DNA of 33,237 nucleotides from a bacterium (GTDB lineage Bacteria; Verrucomicrobiota; Kiritimatiellia; RFP12; UBA1067): NCBI GenBank assembly GCA_963618095.1, contig CAVERN010000002.1, positions 1 to 33,237 of the forward strand, read 5' to 3'. Shown piece by piece: positions 25,159 to 33,237 of this stretch (position 1 is its first letter; each line of letters starts with the position of its first letter). The notes under the pieces were generated by a model. It saw only the letters and a program-made list of their open reading frames with translations, ran no database searches and was not told where the DNA came from. The position numbers and the translations under genes were made by a program.

Positions 25159-26544
25159 TCACGCCTTCCTCGGCGGCACCGCGAAGTCCCCGGGCCTGAA
25201 GTAGTGCGTCCTGCGCGTGTCGGCGGCGACGTTGGCGGCGAGAACGGCCACGGCGGACTCGTACGCGAGCTCCGCAGGGCAGTTGAGCGCCTCGCCGTGG
25301 CGGCACGCCGCGAAGAAGTTCTCCAGGTGCGGCATGTGCGCGGGCTTGTTCATCTCCACCGCGAGGGGATTGCCCGTCGCCTGCGCGGAGATGCGCGTGT
25401 CGACGGCGATGTCCTTGGTGACCTCCTTCTTTATCTTGTCCCCCTCCGTCGGAAGGATGTAGCCCTTGTCGATGAACCTCTGCCACTCGGCGTCGGAGAA
25501 GCCGCCCTCGCGCAGCTCCCTCTGCACCGTGTTCCCGCGCGCCGATATCTCCGCTATCGTCAGGGCGGCGTTCACGCCCATGAACTGCTCGTAGAACCCG
25601 CCGCGGGCGTTGGACGATATCACCTGGTACACGGCCTCGTTCTTCGTGCCGTCGGGCATCGTGAACTCGTAGATGCAGTACACGCGGTCGTACGTCTGCC
25701 GCCGCGGCGAGAACGCGTCCTTCCCGCCGATCGCGGTGACGCTGGACGGCGGCACGCCCCACGCCCAGAAGAAGAGGTCTATCTGGTGGGACCCGAGATC
25801 GACCATCGAGCCGCCGCCGTACTTGTGGAACCAGCGCCAGTTCAGGTACTGCTCGGCGTTCTCGTAGCCGTACTTGGTGAGGACGGACTGCTTCGGCGGG
25901 CGCTTCACGGAGAAGAACGGGGCGAGGGTGCGGTTCCACTGCGCGTACGCGGTGGTGACGCGCCCGAGCATCTCGGGCACCACGTGCTCGAAGCAGTGGC
26001 GGTAGCGCGGGTTCGAGCGGCGCTGGTGGCCGATCTGGAGCAGCCTGCCCGTCTCCTTCTGCACGCGGCACATCTCCGCCGCCTCCTCGAGCTTGTTGCT
26101 CATCTCCTTCTCGCAGTACACGTGCTTCCCCTTGCGCAGGCAGTAGCACGTGTGCTCGCAGTGCATCCAGTCCGGCGTGGCCACGACAACCGCGTCGATG
26201 TTGGAGTCCTCCTTGTCCAGCATCTCCCGGTAGTCCTCGTACGTGCGCACGTCCATGCCGTAGCCCCTGAAGAAGGCCTTCGCCTGCTGGCACTGGAACT
26301 TCCAGATGTCGCACACGGCGCGCACGCGCACGCCCGGGATGCGGGCGATGGAGTTCGAGAGCACGCGGCCCTCGGCGCCCCACCCGATCATGGCCACGTT
26401 TATCGTGTCGTCGTCCGGCCCGATCGGGCGCTTGTCCTCGGGCAGCCGCCCCCTGTCGTCGCCGAGAATGCCGAAGCTCGGCAGAAAACCCGCCGCCACG
26501 GCGGCGCCCTTTATGAACCCTCTCCTGTTCGCCATCTGTTCCAT
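25159..26544 (-). CDS. Gfo/Idh/MocA-family NAD(P)-dependent oxidoreductase with a twin-arginine (TAT) signal
   Basis: The ATG at 26544 is preceded by GGGGGAAG. The N-terminus MEQMANRRGFIKGAAVAAGFLPSF is a TAT motif (RRxFIK). The Rossmann start is INVAMIGWGAEGR, and the family motifs DAVVVATPDWMHCEH, GKHVYCEKEM and QIGHQRR are present. Confidence 0.85.
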   Translation of the reverse strand: MEQMANRRGFIKGAAVAAGFLPSFGILGDDRGRLPEDKRPIGPDDDTINVAMIGWGAEGRVLSNSIARIPGVRVRAVCDIWKFQCQQAKAFFRGYGMDVRTYEDYREMLDKEDSNIDAVVVATPDWMHCEHTCYCLRKGKHVYCEKEMSNKLEEAAEMCRVQKETGRLLQIGHQRRSNPRYRHCFEHVVPEMLGRVTTAYAQWNRTLAPFFSVKRPPKQSVLTKYGYENAEQYLNWRWFHKYGGGSMVDLGSHQIDLFFWAWGVPPSSVTAIGGKDAFSPRRQTYDRVYCIYEFTMPDGTKNEAVYQVISSNARGGFYEQFMGVNAALTIAEISARGNTVQRELREGGFSDAEWQRFIDKGYILPTEGDKIKKEVTKDIAVDTRISAQATGNPLAVEMNKPAHMPHLENFFAACRHGEALNCPAELAYESAVAVLAANVAADTRRTHYFRPGDFAVPPRKA

Positions 26545-26564
26545 CTTCTTCCCCCTTGTCCGCA

Positions 26565-26594
26565 ATTATAGCACACGCCGATTCAGGACGGCAA
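26565..26594 (-). promoter_or_regulatory. Candidate extended -10 promoter for the 25159-26544 oxidoreductase gene (TTGCCG-N18-TATAAT with upstream TGC)
   Basis: The minus strand reads GGATTGCCGTCCTGAATCGGCGTGTGCTATAATTGCGG. It has a perfect TATAAT at 26570-26565 with TG at -15/-14. The -35-like TTGCCG lies inside the recD2 3' end, and the ATG is 21 nt downstream. Confidence 0.4.
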
Positions 26595-28805
26595 TCCGAC
26601 GCGCTCGGCGAGCGCGGTGCGCCGCGCGCTCACGGTGTTCGTCTCGATCGCCTTCGTGACCGCCCACGCCGAGCCGATGACCATCACAAGCCGCCTGCCC
26701 CGGGTCATCGCCGTGTACAGGAGGTTCCGCTGGAGAAGCATGTAGTGCTGGTTGTGCACCAGCACTATGACCGCCGGGTACTCGCTCCCCTGCGACTTGT
26801 GGATCGTGGTCGCGTACGCCAGCGCCAGCTCGTCCATGTCGCCGGACGCGTACTCCACCGGCCGCCCGTCGAAGGACACCACGAGCGAGCGGTCCTCGGG
26901 GCTGGCGGACAGCACGAAGCCGACGTCCCCGTTGAACACGTCCTTGTCGTAGTCGTTCCTGAGCTGCATCACCCGGTCGCCCCTGCGGAACGCGACCGCC
27001 CCGCGCCGCACCGCGGGGCCGTCCGGGTTCAGGCGCTGCTGCAGGAGGGCGTTGAGGTTCTCGGTGCCGAGCACGTTCTTCCTCATCGGGGAGAGCACCT
27101 GCACGTCCTGCATCGGGTCCAGGCCGAACTTCCTCGGGATGCGGTTGACCATGAAGTCGAGCACGAACGCCAGCGCCTTCTCCGGGTCGCGCTGCTGCAC
27201 GAAGTAGAAGTCGCTCTCCGCCCCGGGAGGCGGCAGCTCGAAGCCCTTGCCGTCGTTGACGTTGTGGGCGTTCCTGACGATCAGGCCGGAGTTGTCCTGG
27301 CGGAATATCTCCGTGAGGCGGGAGCACGCGACGCCTCCCGAGGCGATGAGGTCGCGGAGCACGTTCCCCGGCCCCACGCTCGGCAGCTGGTCCGTGTCGC
27401 CGACGAGCACGACCGTCGCCTCGTCCGGCAGGGCGAGGGCCACGTTCTCCATCAGGCGTATGTCCACCATGGACGTCTCGTCGAGCACGAACACGTCGCC
27501 CTCGAGCCTGTTCCTCGCGTTGTACGTGAACTCGCGCGTCTTCGGGTTGTACTTGAGGAGACGGTGCAGGGTCTGCGCCCTCGTCCCCGTGGACTCCGAG
27601 AGCCGCTTCGCGGCCCTCCCCGTCGGCGCGGCCGTGACCACGCGGATCGAGGGCTTCCCGCCGTCCCCCTTCCGCGCCTGGTATATGTCCACGAGCGCGC
27701 GCACGATCGTCGTCTTGCCCACGCCCGGCCCGCCGGTTATGATGCTCACCTTGTTCAGGAGCGAGGCGCGCACCGCCCGGTCCTGCGCGGGGGCGAGACG
27801 GAATCCCGTCGTCCGCTCCCACCACGACAGTGCCTTCTCGGCGTCTATCTCCCTGAACGGCCTCGGGGCGCGGAGCATCCGGCGGATCTTCGAGGCCACG
27901 TTGCACTCGGCCCGGTAGAGGTCCTCGAGGTATATCCTGCGCGGCGCCTCGGCGACGCCGCCCACGTGCTCCGCCACGACGCGCCTGTCGGCCTCCTCCG
28001 CCCGGAGCGCCTCCGTGAGCCGCTCCACGTCTATGCCCACGAGCTCGTTGGCGCGCAGGAGCAGGTCAGGCTCGAGCGTCCAGCAGTGCCCGCCGTCCTC
28101 CGCCTCCGTCCGGAGCGTGTGGATCAGCGCGGCGCGGGCGCGCTGCGGCGCGTCCTTCGGCATCCCGAGCGACATCGCTATCTTGTCCGCGGTGGCGAAC
28201 CCTATGCCCCAGATGTCCCGGCACAGGCGGTAGGGGTCGGACTTCACTATGGCGATCGTGTCCTGCCCGTACCTGCGGTATATGTCCACGGTCCTCGAGA
28301 CGGATATGCCGTACGTCTGCGTGAAGATCATCACCTCGCGCATCGCCGCGCCCTCGGTCCAGCTCGCCTTGATGCGGCGGGCGCGGGTCTCGCCGATCCC
28401 GGGGACCTCGGTGAGGCGGGACGAGAACCGGTCGAGCACCTCCAGGGTCTTCTCCCCGAACTTCGCCACTATGCGCTTGGCGTACTCGGGGCCGATCCCC
28501 GATATCAGGCCGGAGGCGAGGTAGCGCTCCATCCCGGCGAGCGAGTGCGGCGTGGCGCAGACGATGGACGAGGCCCTGAACTGGCGGCCGTGCACCTTGT
28601 CCACGACCCACTCGCCCGAGGCGTGCAGCTCCTCGCCCTCCCACACGGCCCCGCACGTGCCCACGACCACCGCCTCCGCCGGCCTCGGGCGGAACGCCCC
28701 GCCCCCGCCGCAGGAGACCCGGAGGACGGAGTACCCCGTGTCGGGGTTGCGGAAGACTATGGACACCACCGTGCCGTCAAGCGCCTCGAGCGGAGTCTCC
28801 GCCAT
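26583..28805 (-). CDS. recD2: RecD2-type (RecD/TraA family) SF1 5'-3' DNA helicase
   Basis: The start is ATG at 28805, preceded by GAGGGGTG. The N-terminal OB-like region is LDGTVVSIVFRNPDTGYSVLRV and the HhH region is GIGPEYAKRIVAKFG. Walker A is SIITGGPGVGKTT. Further motifs are VVLVGDTDQLPSVGPGNVLRDL and the C-terminal ATTIHKSQGSEYPAVIV...LLYTAMTRGRRLV. Confidence 0.9.
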   Translation of the reverse strand: MAETPLEALDGTVVSIVFRNPDTGYSVLRVSCGGGGAFRPRPAEAVVVGTCGAVWEGEELHASGEWVVDKVHGRQFRASSIVCATPHSLAGMERYLASGLISGIGPEYAKRIVAKFGEKTLEVLDRFSSRLTEVPGIGETRARRIKASWTEGAAMREVMIFTQTYGISVSRTVDIYRRYGQDTIAIVKSDPYRLCRDIWGIGFATADKIAMSLGMPKDAPQRARAALIHTLRTEAEDGGHCWTLEPDLLLRANELVGIDVERLTEALRAEEADRRVVAEHVGGVAEAPRRIYLEDLYRAECNVASKIRRMLRAPRPFREIDAEKALSWWERTTGFRLAPAQDRAVRASLLNKVSIITGGPGVGKTTIVRALVDIYQARKGDGGKPSIRVVTAAPTGRAAKRLSESTGTRAQTLHRLLKYNPKTREFTYNARNRLEGDVFVLDETSMVDIRLMENVALALPDEATVVLVGDTDQLPSVGPGNVLRDLIASGGVACSRLTEIFRQDNSGLIVRNAHNVNDGKGFELPPPGAESDFYFVQQRDPEKALAFVLDFMVNRIPRKFGLDPMQDVQVLSPMRKNVLGTENLNALLQQRLNPDGPAVRRGAVAFRRGDRVMQLRNDYDKDVFNGDVGFVLSASPEDRSLVVSFDGRPVEYASGDMDELALAYATTIHKSQGSEYPAVIVLVHNQHYMLLQRNLLYTAMTRGRRLVMVIGSAWAVTKAIETNTVSARRTALAERVGLPS

Positions 28806-28822
28806 TCCGCAGCACCCCTCGC

Positions 28823-29155
28823 TCAGAGCGGCTTCGCCCCCGCCCAGAGCTTCTCGAGGGCGTAGTAGGCCCTCGCCTCTGGCAGGAAGACGTGCATCAC
28901 CACGTCCACGTAGTCCACCACGATCCAGCCGCTCGCCGGGTCGCCGCTCGTGCGATACGAGTCGACGCCCGCCTCCTTCATGGCCCCCTGCGCGCCCGCG
29001 ACCAGCGCCTTCAGGTGCGGCGCGGCCGAGCCGGTCGCCACGACGAACGCGTCCGCAAGCCCGGACACCCCGCGCACGTCGTACGCCCTCACGTCCTCCG
29101 CCTTCTTGTCCTCAAGGGCGGCCCGGATGATCCCGACCTGTTCTTCTACCGTCAT
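28823..29155 (-). CDS. rsfS: Ribosome silencing factor RsfS (iojap family), 110 aa
   Basis: Only the last 110 codons of track ORF 28823..29977 are credible. The product is [52 protein letters not shown]...[28 protein letters not shown], which matches the RsfS pattern (D.FV..SG.S...W.L.DYGD.VVH.F....R..Y.LE.LW). The ATG at 29155-29153 overlaps the recA TGA at 29154-29152 (ATGA). Confidence 0.85.
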   Translation of the reverse strand: MTVEEQVGIIRAALEDKKAEDVRAYDVRGVSGLADAFVVATGSAAPHLKALVAGAQGAMKEAGVDSYRTSGDPASGWIVVDYVDVVMHVFLPEARAYYALEKLWAGAKPL

Positions 29156-30201
29156 TTCTTCCTCGCAGTGCCTTGCAGGAGAGGCGTGGTCTTCACCTTC
29201 TCGATGATCTCGGCAGTCACCTCGGGATGGGTCTTCAGGAACTCCATCGTGGCCATCGTGCCCTGCCCCAGCTGCTCCGTCCCGTACGATATCCAGCTGC
29301 CGCGCTTCTCCACCACGCCGCGCGCCAGCGCCGCGTCGAGCACGGACCCCTCCCACGATATGCCGCAGGAGTAGAGTATGTCGAACTCCGCCTCGGTGAA
29401 CGGCGGCGCGACCTTGTTCTTCACGACCTTCACGCGCGTGCGGTTGCCGATCACCGTGCCGCCCGAGTCCTTGATCGCCCCGATGCGCTGCACCTGGAGG
29501 CGGCACGAGGCGTAGAACTTCAGCGCCTTGCCGCCGGGGGTCGTCTCGGGGTTGCCGAACATGATGCCGATCTTCTCCCGCACCTGGTTCGTGAAGATGC
29601 AGAGCGTCTTCGTGCTCGAGAGCACGCCAGTGAGCTTGCGCATCGCCTGCGACATGAGGCGGGCCTGGAGCCCCATGTGGCTGTCGCCCATGTTGCCGTC
29701 GATCTCCGCCTGGGGCGTCAGCGCCGCGACGGAGTCCACCACGATCACGTCGAGCGCGCCGCTCTTGCAGAGCTGCTCGCAGATCGAGAGCGCCTCCTCG
29801 CCGGAGTTCGGCTGGGACACGATGAGCTCGTCGAGGTTCACGCCGATCTTCTTCGCGTATCCGGGGTCGAGCGCGTGCTCGGCGTCGATGAACGCCGCCG
29901 CGCCTCCGTTCCTCTGCGCGTTCGCGACGACGTGCAGGGCGAGGGTCGTCTTGCCGCTCGACTCCTGGCCGTAGCACTCCACTATGCGCCCGCGCGGAAG
30001 CCCGCCCACGCCGAGCGCGAGGTCGAGCGACAGCGCGCCCGTGGAGATCACCGGGATGTCCGCGTGCGCGCGGTCCCCGAGCTTCATGATGGAGAGCTCG
30101 CCGAACTCCTTGCGGATCTGCGAGAGCACTGCGTCGAGCGCCGCATTGCCCTTCCTCGCGGACTCCGCCGCGTTCTCTTTCCTGTCTGCCTTTTCTGCCA
30201 T
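29152..30201 (-). CDS. recA: Recombinase RecA
   Basis: The start is ATG at 30201, preceded by AGGAG about 8 nt upstream. The product is near-collinear with E. coli RecA: [101 protein letters not shown] and [13 protein letters not shown]. Confidence 0.97.
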   Translation of the reverse strand: MAEKADRKENAAESARKGNAALDAVLSQIRKEFGELSIMKLGDRAHADIPVISTGALSLDLALGVGGLPRGRIVECYGQESSGKTTLALHVVANAQRNGGAAAFIDAEHALDPGYAKKIGVNLDELIVSQPNSGEEALSICEQLCKSGALDVIVVDSVAALTPQAEIDGNMGDSHMGLQARLMSQAMRKLTGVLSSTKTLCIFTNQVREKIGIMFGNPETTPGGKALKFYASCRLQVQRIGAIKDSGGTVIGNRTRVKVVKNKVAPPFTEAEFDILYSCGISWEGSVLDAALARGVVEKRGSWISYGTEQLGQGTMATMEFLKTHPEVTAEIIEKVKTTPLLQGTARKK

Positions 30202-30241
30202 GGTATGCTCCTGCTTCTGTTGCCCTTCGCCCGCCGCCAGA

Positions 30242-31648
30242 TCACGCCCTGCCGCCGAAGAAGTAGCGGTTGGCGTTGTTGAACGAGATGTCGGACACGA
30301 TCTTGCCGAGCCACTTGACGTCGTTCGGGATCTCGCCGCGGTCGACCTCCTCGCCGAGCTTCGCGCAGAGTATGCGGCGGAAGTACTCGTGGCGGGTGTA
30401 GGAGAGGAACGAGCGCGAGTCCGTGAGCATCCCCACGAAGTTGCCGAGGCAGCCGAGCGCGGAGAGCGCCTCTATCTGCTTCTTCATGCCGTCCTTCTGG
30501 TCGAGGAACCACCAGGCGCTCCCGAGCTGGAGCTTGCCGCGGTCCGGGCCCTTCTGGAAGCAGCCCATGAGCGTGGCGAGCATCTCGGTGTCCTTCGGGC
30601 TGAGCGAGTAGAGGATCGTGCGCGGGAGCGCGTCCTCCAGCTCCAGGCGGTCGAAGAGGCGCGAGAGCGACTCGGTCACGGACCAGTCGCCGATGCAGTC
30701 GAAGCCGGTGTCCGGGCCGAGCGCCTTGAACATCCTGGTGTTGTTGTCGCGCAGGCAGCAGTAGTGCAGCTGCGCCGTCCAGTTGGCCTTCGCGTCGGCC
30801 TTCAGGCCCTCGAAGAGCCAGGCGCTCTTGAACTTCAGCGCCTCCTCCGGCGTCGCGGCCCGGCCGCCGCGCATCTTCCTGAATATCCTGCGCAGGTCCG
30901 CCCCGGTGTAGTCGGCGGCGAACACCTCCGTGATGCCGTAGTCGGATATCACGCACCCCGCCTTCTCGAAGAACGCATGGCGCCTGGCCATGGCCTCGAG
31001 GAAGTCGTCGTACGTCTTCACCGGCATGCCAGCGGCCGCCGCGAGCCTGTCGATCCACCCGTTCCACGCCTTGAGGTTCTCCACCTTCGACGCCTTGTCG
31101 GAGCGCCAGGCCGGCAGGATCCTCGTGCCGAACGGCCTCTTCGCGATCGCGGCATGGTGCTCCAGGGAGTCGACCGGGTCGTCGGTGGTGCACACCACGC
31201 GCACGTTGGACTTCTTCATGAGGCCGCGCGCGGAGAAGCCGGGCTTCCTCATCTGCGCGTTGCACCTCTTCCAGATCCTCTCGGCGGTCGCGCCGCAGAG
31301 ACGGTCGCCGACCCCGAAATACCGCTTGAGCTCGAGGTGCGACCAGTCGAAGAGCGGGTTCTTGACGAGCACCTCCATCGTCTCGGCGAACTTCACGAAC
31401 TTGTCGTGCCAAGGGGCGTCGCCCGTCACGAACCTCTCGTCCACGCCGTTGGAGCGCATCTGCCGCCACTTGTAGTGGTCGCCGCCAAGCCAGACCTGGG
31501 CGATGTCGTCCCAGCGCTTGTCCTCGGCGATCTCGGACGGCGGCAGGTGGCAGTGGTAGTCTATGATCGGCATCTTCTCGGCATAGCCGTGGTACAGTTC
31601 CCTGGCCGCCTTCGTCGAAAGCAGGAAGTCGTCGTTGATGTAGCCCAT
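30242..31648 (-). CDS. uxaC: Glucuronate isomerase (uronate isomerase)
   Basis: The start is ATG at 31648, preceded by AAGGAG 7 nt upstream. The product is collinear with E. coli UxaC: DDFLL...ARELYHGYA...[47 protein letters not shown] and [23 protein letters not shown]. Confidence 0.95.
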   Translation of the reverse strand: MGYINDDFLLSTKAARELYHGYAEKMPIIDYHCHLPPSEIAEDKRWDDIAQVWLGGDHYKWRQMRSNGVDERFVTGDAPWHDKFVKFAETMEVLVKNPLFDWSHLELKRYFGVGDRLCGATAERIWKRCNAQMRKPGFSARGLMKKSNVRVVCTTDDPVDSLEHHAAIAKRPFGTRILPAWRSDKASKVENLKAWNGWIDRLAAAAGMPVKTYDDFLEAMARRHAFFEKAGCVISDYGITEVFAADYTGADLRRIFRKMRGGRAATPEEALKFKSAWLFEGLKADAKANWTAQLHYCCLRDNNTRMFKALGPDTGFDCIGDWSVTESLSRLFDRLELEDALPRTILYSLSPKDTEMLATLMGCFQKGPDRGKLQLGSAWWFLDQKDGMKKQIEALSALGCLGNFVGMLTDSRSFLSYTRHEYFRRILCAKLGEEVDRGEIPNDVKWLGKIVSDISFNNANRYFFGGRA

Positions 31649-31677
31649 CGCGTTCTCCTTAATGTAGTTTGCCCAAG

Positions 31678-31686
31678 ATTATACCA
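31678..31686 (-). promoter_or_regulatory. Candidate extended -10 promoter element (TGGTATAAT) upstream of uxaC
   Basis: The minus strand reads CGTCCTGTGGTATAATCTTGGGCAAACTACATTAAGGAGAACGCGATG. It has a perfect TATAAT with TGn, 30 nt upstream of the uxaC ATG. No good -35 is present; that region overlaps the stop of the upstream gene. Confidence 0.4.
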
Positions 31687-31698
31687 CAGGACGCGCCA

Positions 31699-33129
31699 TC
31701 ACCCCGGGAGCGTCCAGCCGTTCAGGTGCGGCACGTCCAGGAGGGCGCCGGCCTCGGCGTCGCCGACGACGCGCTCCGCGACGGGGTCCCACCTGAGGGA
31801 GCTGCGCCCGAGCCGCTCGCAGATGTTCGCCAGCAGGCAGATGGACGTTGTGCGGTGGCCGATCTCGCAGTCGGTGGCGATCGGACGGTTCTCGTAGATC
31901 CCGTCGATGAAGTCCATCTCGTGGGAGTGGGCGTCCTTCGGCGCGTAGAGCCTGACGTCCGTGTCCTTGAGGTCGCGCTTCTCCCGCCACTTCCTGAGGT
32001 GCTTGGGAAGCCCGAGCTTGACCGGCAGGCCGCTGTAGAGGGCGTCGTTCACCGTGCCCTTCTCGCCGCGGAACCATATCCCGCGCGGATACCCCTCGCG
32101 CGTGCTGAGCACGTGCACGCGCAGGCCGGAGGCGTAGACCACGTCGAACTCGAACTCGAGCGCCCACGAGAAGTGCAGCCGGTCCGGGTTGAAGCGCGAC
32201 GCCTTGAAGTTCTCCACCGCCACGGGCCCGGTGCGCTCGGTGCCGAGAGCCCACTGCACGGTGTCGATCTCGTGCGCTCCGAAGTCCGGGATGAGGCCGT
32301 TGCCCGTGCGGTCGCAGAGGCGCCATATCTTGGGCGAGTGGATCGCCGGGATGTACGCGTCGCCGTCCCAGTGGCGCGTGGGGCCGAGCCACATGTCCCA
32401 GTCCGCCCGCGAGTAGCAGGCCGGGAGATTCGCCGGGGCGAGCCTGGAGGAGTCGCCGTACCACCAGGACCCCTCGTCGGCGCCGGGTATGGCGACCGTG
32501 ACGTCCCTGAGCTCCCCGATGAGGCCGTTCCTGACGATCTCCGCCGCGATGCGCTTCACGGACGAGGAGCGCCCCTGGTTCCCCACCTGGAACGTCACGC
32601 CCGTCTCCTTCGCGACCCGCACCATCTCGCGCCCCTCGTTGATTCCGAGCGACAGAGGCTTCTGGCAGTAGACGTGCTTGCCCGCCCTCATGCAGGCGAT
32701 CGCCATGATGGCGTGCCAGTAGTCGGGCGTGGCGATCAGCACGGCGTCGACCGTGGGGTCGGCCGCGACCTCGCGCCAGTCGGCCGTCATGCGGCACCCC
32801 TTCGCGCCGTAGTGCCTGTCCACGCGGCCGCGGAAAACGTCCCGCCCCGTGCCCTTGTACGGATGGTCGGCCGTGGGCCCGAAGACCGGGTCGCACACGA
32901 GCGTCACCTGCACGCGCGGATCCTGCAGGAACTGGCTCGTGTTGCACCAGCTCATGCTCCCGCAGCCTATCACCGCCAGGCTGATCCGGTCCGACGGCAG
33001 AGGCCGCCGTCCGAGCGGCGCCCCCACGCTGAAGCATCCGCCGGCGAAGGCGGACGACGCCGCCACCGCAGAACGCAAGAAGTCACGCCGAGAGAAAAAC
33101 GTCGAAGACACCCTGATTCCCCTTCCCAT
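31699..33129 (-). CDS. Gfo/Idh/MocA-family oxidoreductase with a TAT signal
   Basis: The track start at 33147 is a TTG; the first ATG is at 33129 (MGRGIRVSSTFFSRRDFLRSAVAASSAFAGGC). SRRDFLRS is a twin-arginine motif. The Rossmann start is ISLAVIGCGSMS, and the family motifs DAVLIATPDYWHA and GKHVYCQKPL are present. No clear SD lies upstream. Confidence 0.85.
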   Translation of the reverse strand: MGRGIRVSSTFFSRRDFLRSAVAASSAFAGGCFSVGAPLGRRPLPSDRISLAVIGCGSMSWCNTSQFLQDPRVQVTLVCDPVFGPTADHPYKGTGRDVFRGRVDRHYGAKGCRMTADWREVAADPTVDAVLIATPDYWHAIMAIACMRAGKHVYCQKPLSLGINEGREMVRVAKETGVTFQVGNQGRSSSVKRIAAEIVRNGLIGELRDVTVAIPGADEGSWWYGDSSRLAPANLPACYSRADWDMWLGPTRHWDGDAYIPAIHSPKIWRLCDRTGNGLIPDFGAHEIDTVQWALGTERTGPVAVENFKASRFNPDRLHFSWALEFEFDVVYASGLRVHVLSTREGYPRGIWFRGEKGTVNDALYSGLPVKLGLPKHLRKWREKRDLKDTDVRLYAPKDAHSHEMDFIDGIYENRPIATDCEIGHRTTSICLLANICERLGRSSLRWDPVAERVVGDAEAGALLDVPHLNGWTLPG

Positions 33130-33156
33130 GAGTTTACAGATGGACAAACGGCGCGG

Positions 33157-33165
33157 ATTGTATCA
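33157..33165 (-). promoter_or_regulatory. Candidate extended -10 element (TGATACAAT) upstream of the 31699-33129 oxidoreductase gene
   Basis: The minus strand reads GGGGCGGATATGATACAATCCGCGCC, 28 nt upstream of the ATG at 33129. The -35 region is GC-rich and poor. Confidence 0.3.
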
Positions 33166-33237
33166 TATCCGCCCCGCCCTCGCCACAGCGCCGTGGCCAG
33201 GTTCGGCGCACTGCCTAAACCGTCAGACTGCGTGATG

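Noticed and set aside
16762-28805. Reading rmuC, the UvrD-like helicase-nuclease pair and recD2 as an anti-phage defence island.
   Set aside because: The helicase-nuclease pair has the canonical addB-then-addA order with dual PD-(D/E)XK motifs. RmuC and RecD2 have standard housekeeping architectures. recA, rsfS, uxaC and ackA surround them. There are no integrases, toxin-like or other defence-associated domains, no compositional shift and no flanking repeats. A housekeeping recombination locus is the simpler explanation.
13386-31897. Other long plus-strand ORFs: 13386..16718, 16660..19833, 19938..22547, 22093..26571, 26556..28865 and 29984..31897.
   Set aside because: Each one is codon-aligned with the motif-rich minus-strand gene or genes opposite it; I checked the coordinates modulo 3 for every pair. 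Each has the same low-complexity R/G/A/V/E/H composition. The minus-strand partners carry unambiguous family signatures (C10, UvrD/AddA, AddB, RmuC, Gfo/Idh/MocA, RecD2, UxaC).
33182-33197. A short hairpin GCCAC-N6-GTGGC near the right edge of the window.
   Set aside because: It has only a 5-bp stem and no T-tract, and it lies at the window edge with an unknown upstream gene. The evidence is insufficient for a terminator or regulatory RNA.
1-33237. A search for tRNA or rRNA genes, CRISPR arrays, IS elements or transposases, integrases and long direct or inverted repeats.
   Set aside because: None was seen. Non-coding DNA totals only about 440 nt in gaps of at most 108 nt, too short for such elements. 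The only tandem repeats are the in-frame (EP)8 hexamer array and the Ser tract, both reported above.

Overview
This window is GC-rich (roughly two-thirds G+C by eye, not computed) and extremely compact: by my coordinates only about 440 nt are non-coding. Every credible gene lies on the minus strand. All long plus-strand ORFs in the track are codon-aligned antisense shadows.

In transcription order (right to left) the genes are:
- a TAT-signal Gfo/Idh/MocA oxidoreductase
- uxaC
- recA
- rsfS
- recD2
- a second TAT-signal Gfo/Idh/MocA oxidoreductase
- a TPR protein
- rmuC
- an addB-like gene
- an addA-like gene
- an 85-bp AT-rich gap
- a start/stop-overlapped block, described below

The block encodes a secreted C10 (streptopain-family) cysteine protease of 1,092 aa with a Spi-type prodomain. 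It is followed by a 121-aa lipoprotein and then a 4,221-aa secreted giant protein. The giant protein carries about 17 thrombospondin-type-3-like DxDxDG calcium loops, a LamG jelly-roll and Ig/PKD/FN3-like modules. The 5' end of ackA follows only 4 nt after the giant gene's stop.

The best candidate for an undescribed system is this protease-lipoprotein-giant-protein operon. The protease and the giant protein also appear to share a roughly 90-aa C-terminal module.

The second observation is a same-strand concentration of five recombination genes (recA, recD2, rmuC, addB-like, addA-like). They show unusual linkages: recA-rsfS with an ATGA overlap, rmuC overlapping addB, and uxaC upstream of recA.

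Five intergenic gaps share an extended -10-like motif (TGnTAnAnT), which suggests five transcription units.

I saw no tRNA, rRNA, CRISPR array or IS element. The gene content (many TAT Gfo/Idh/MocA enzymes, giant TSP3/LamG proteins) is reminiscent of the PVC superphylum, but that is a guess.

All domain calls come from reading motifs by eye; no searches were run.
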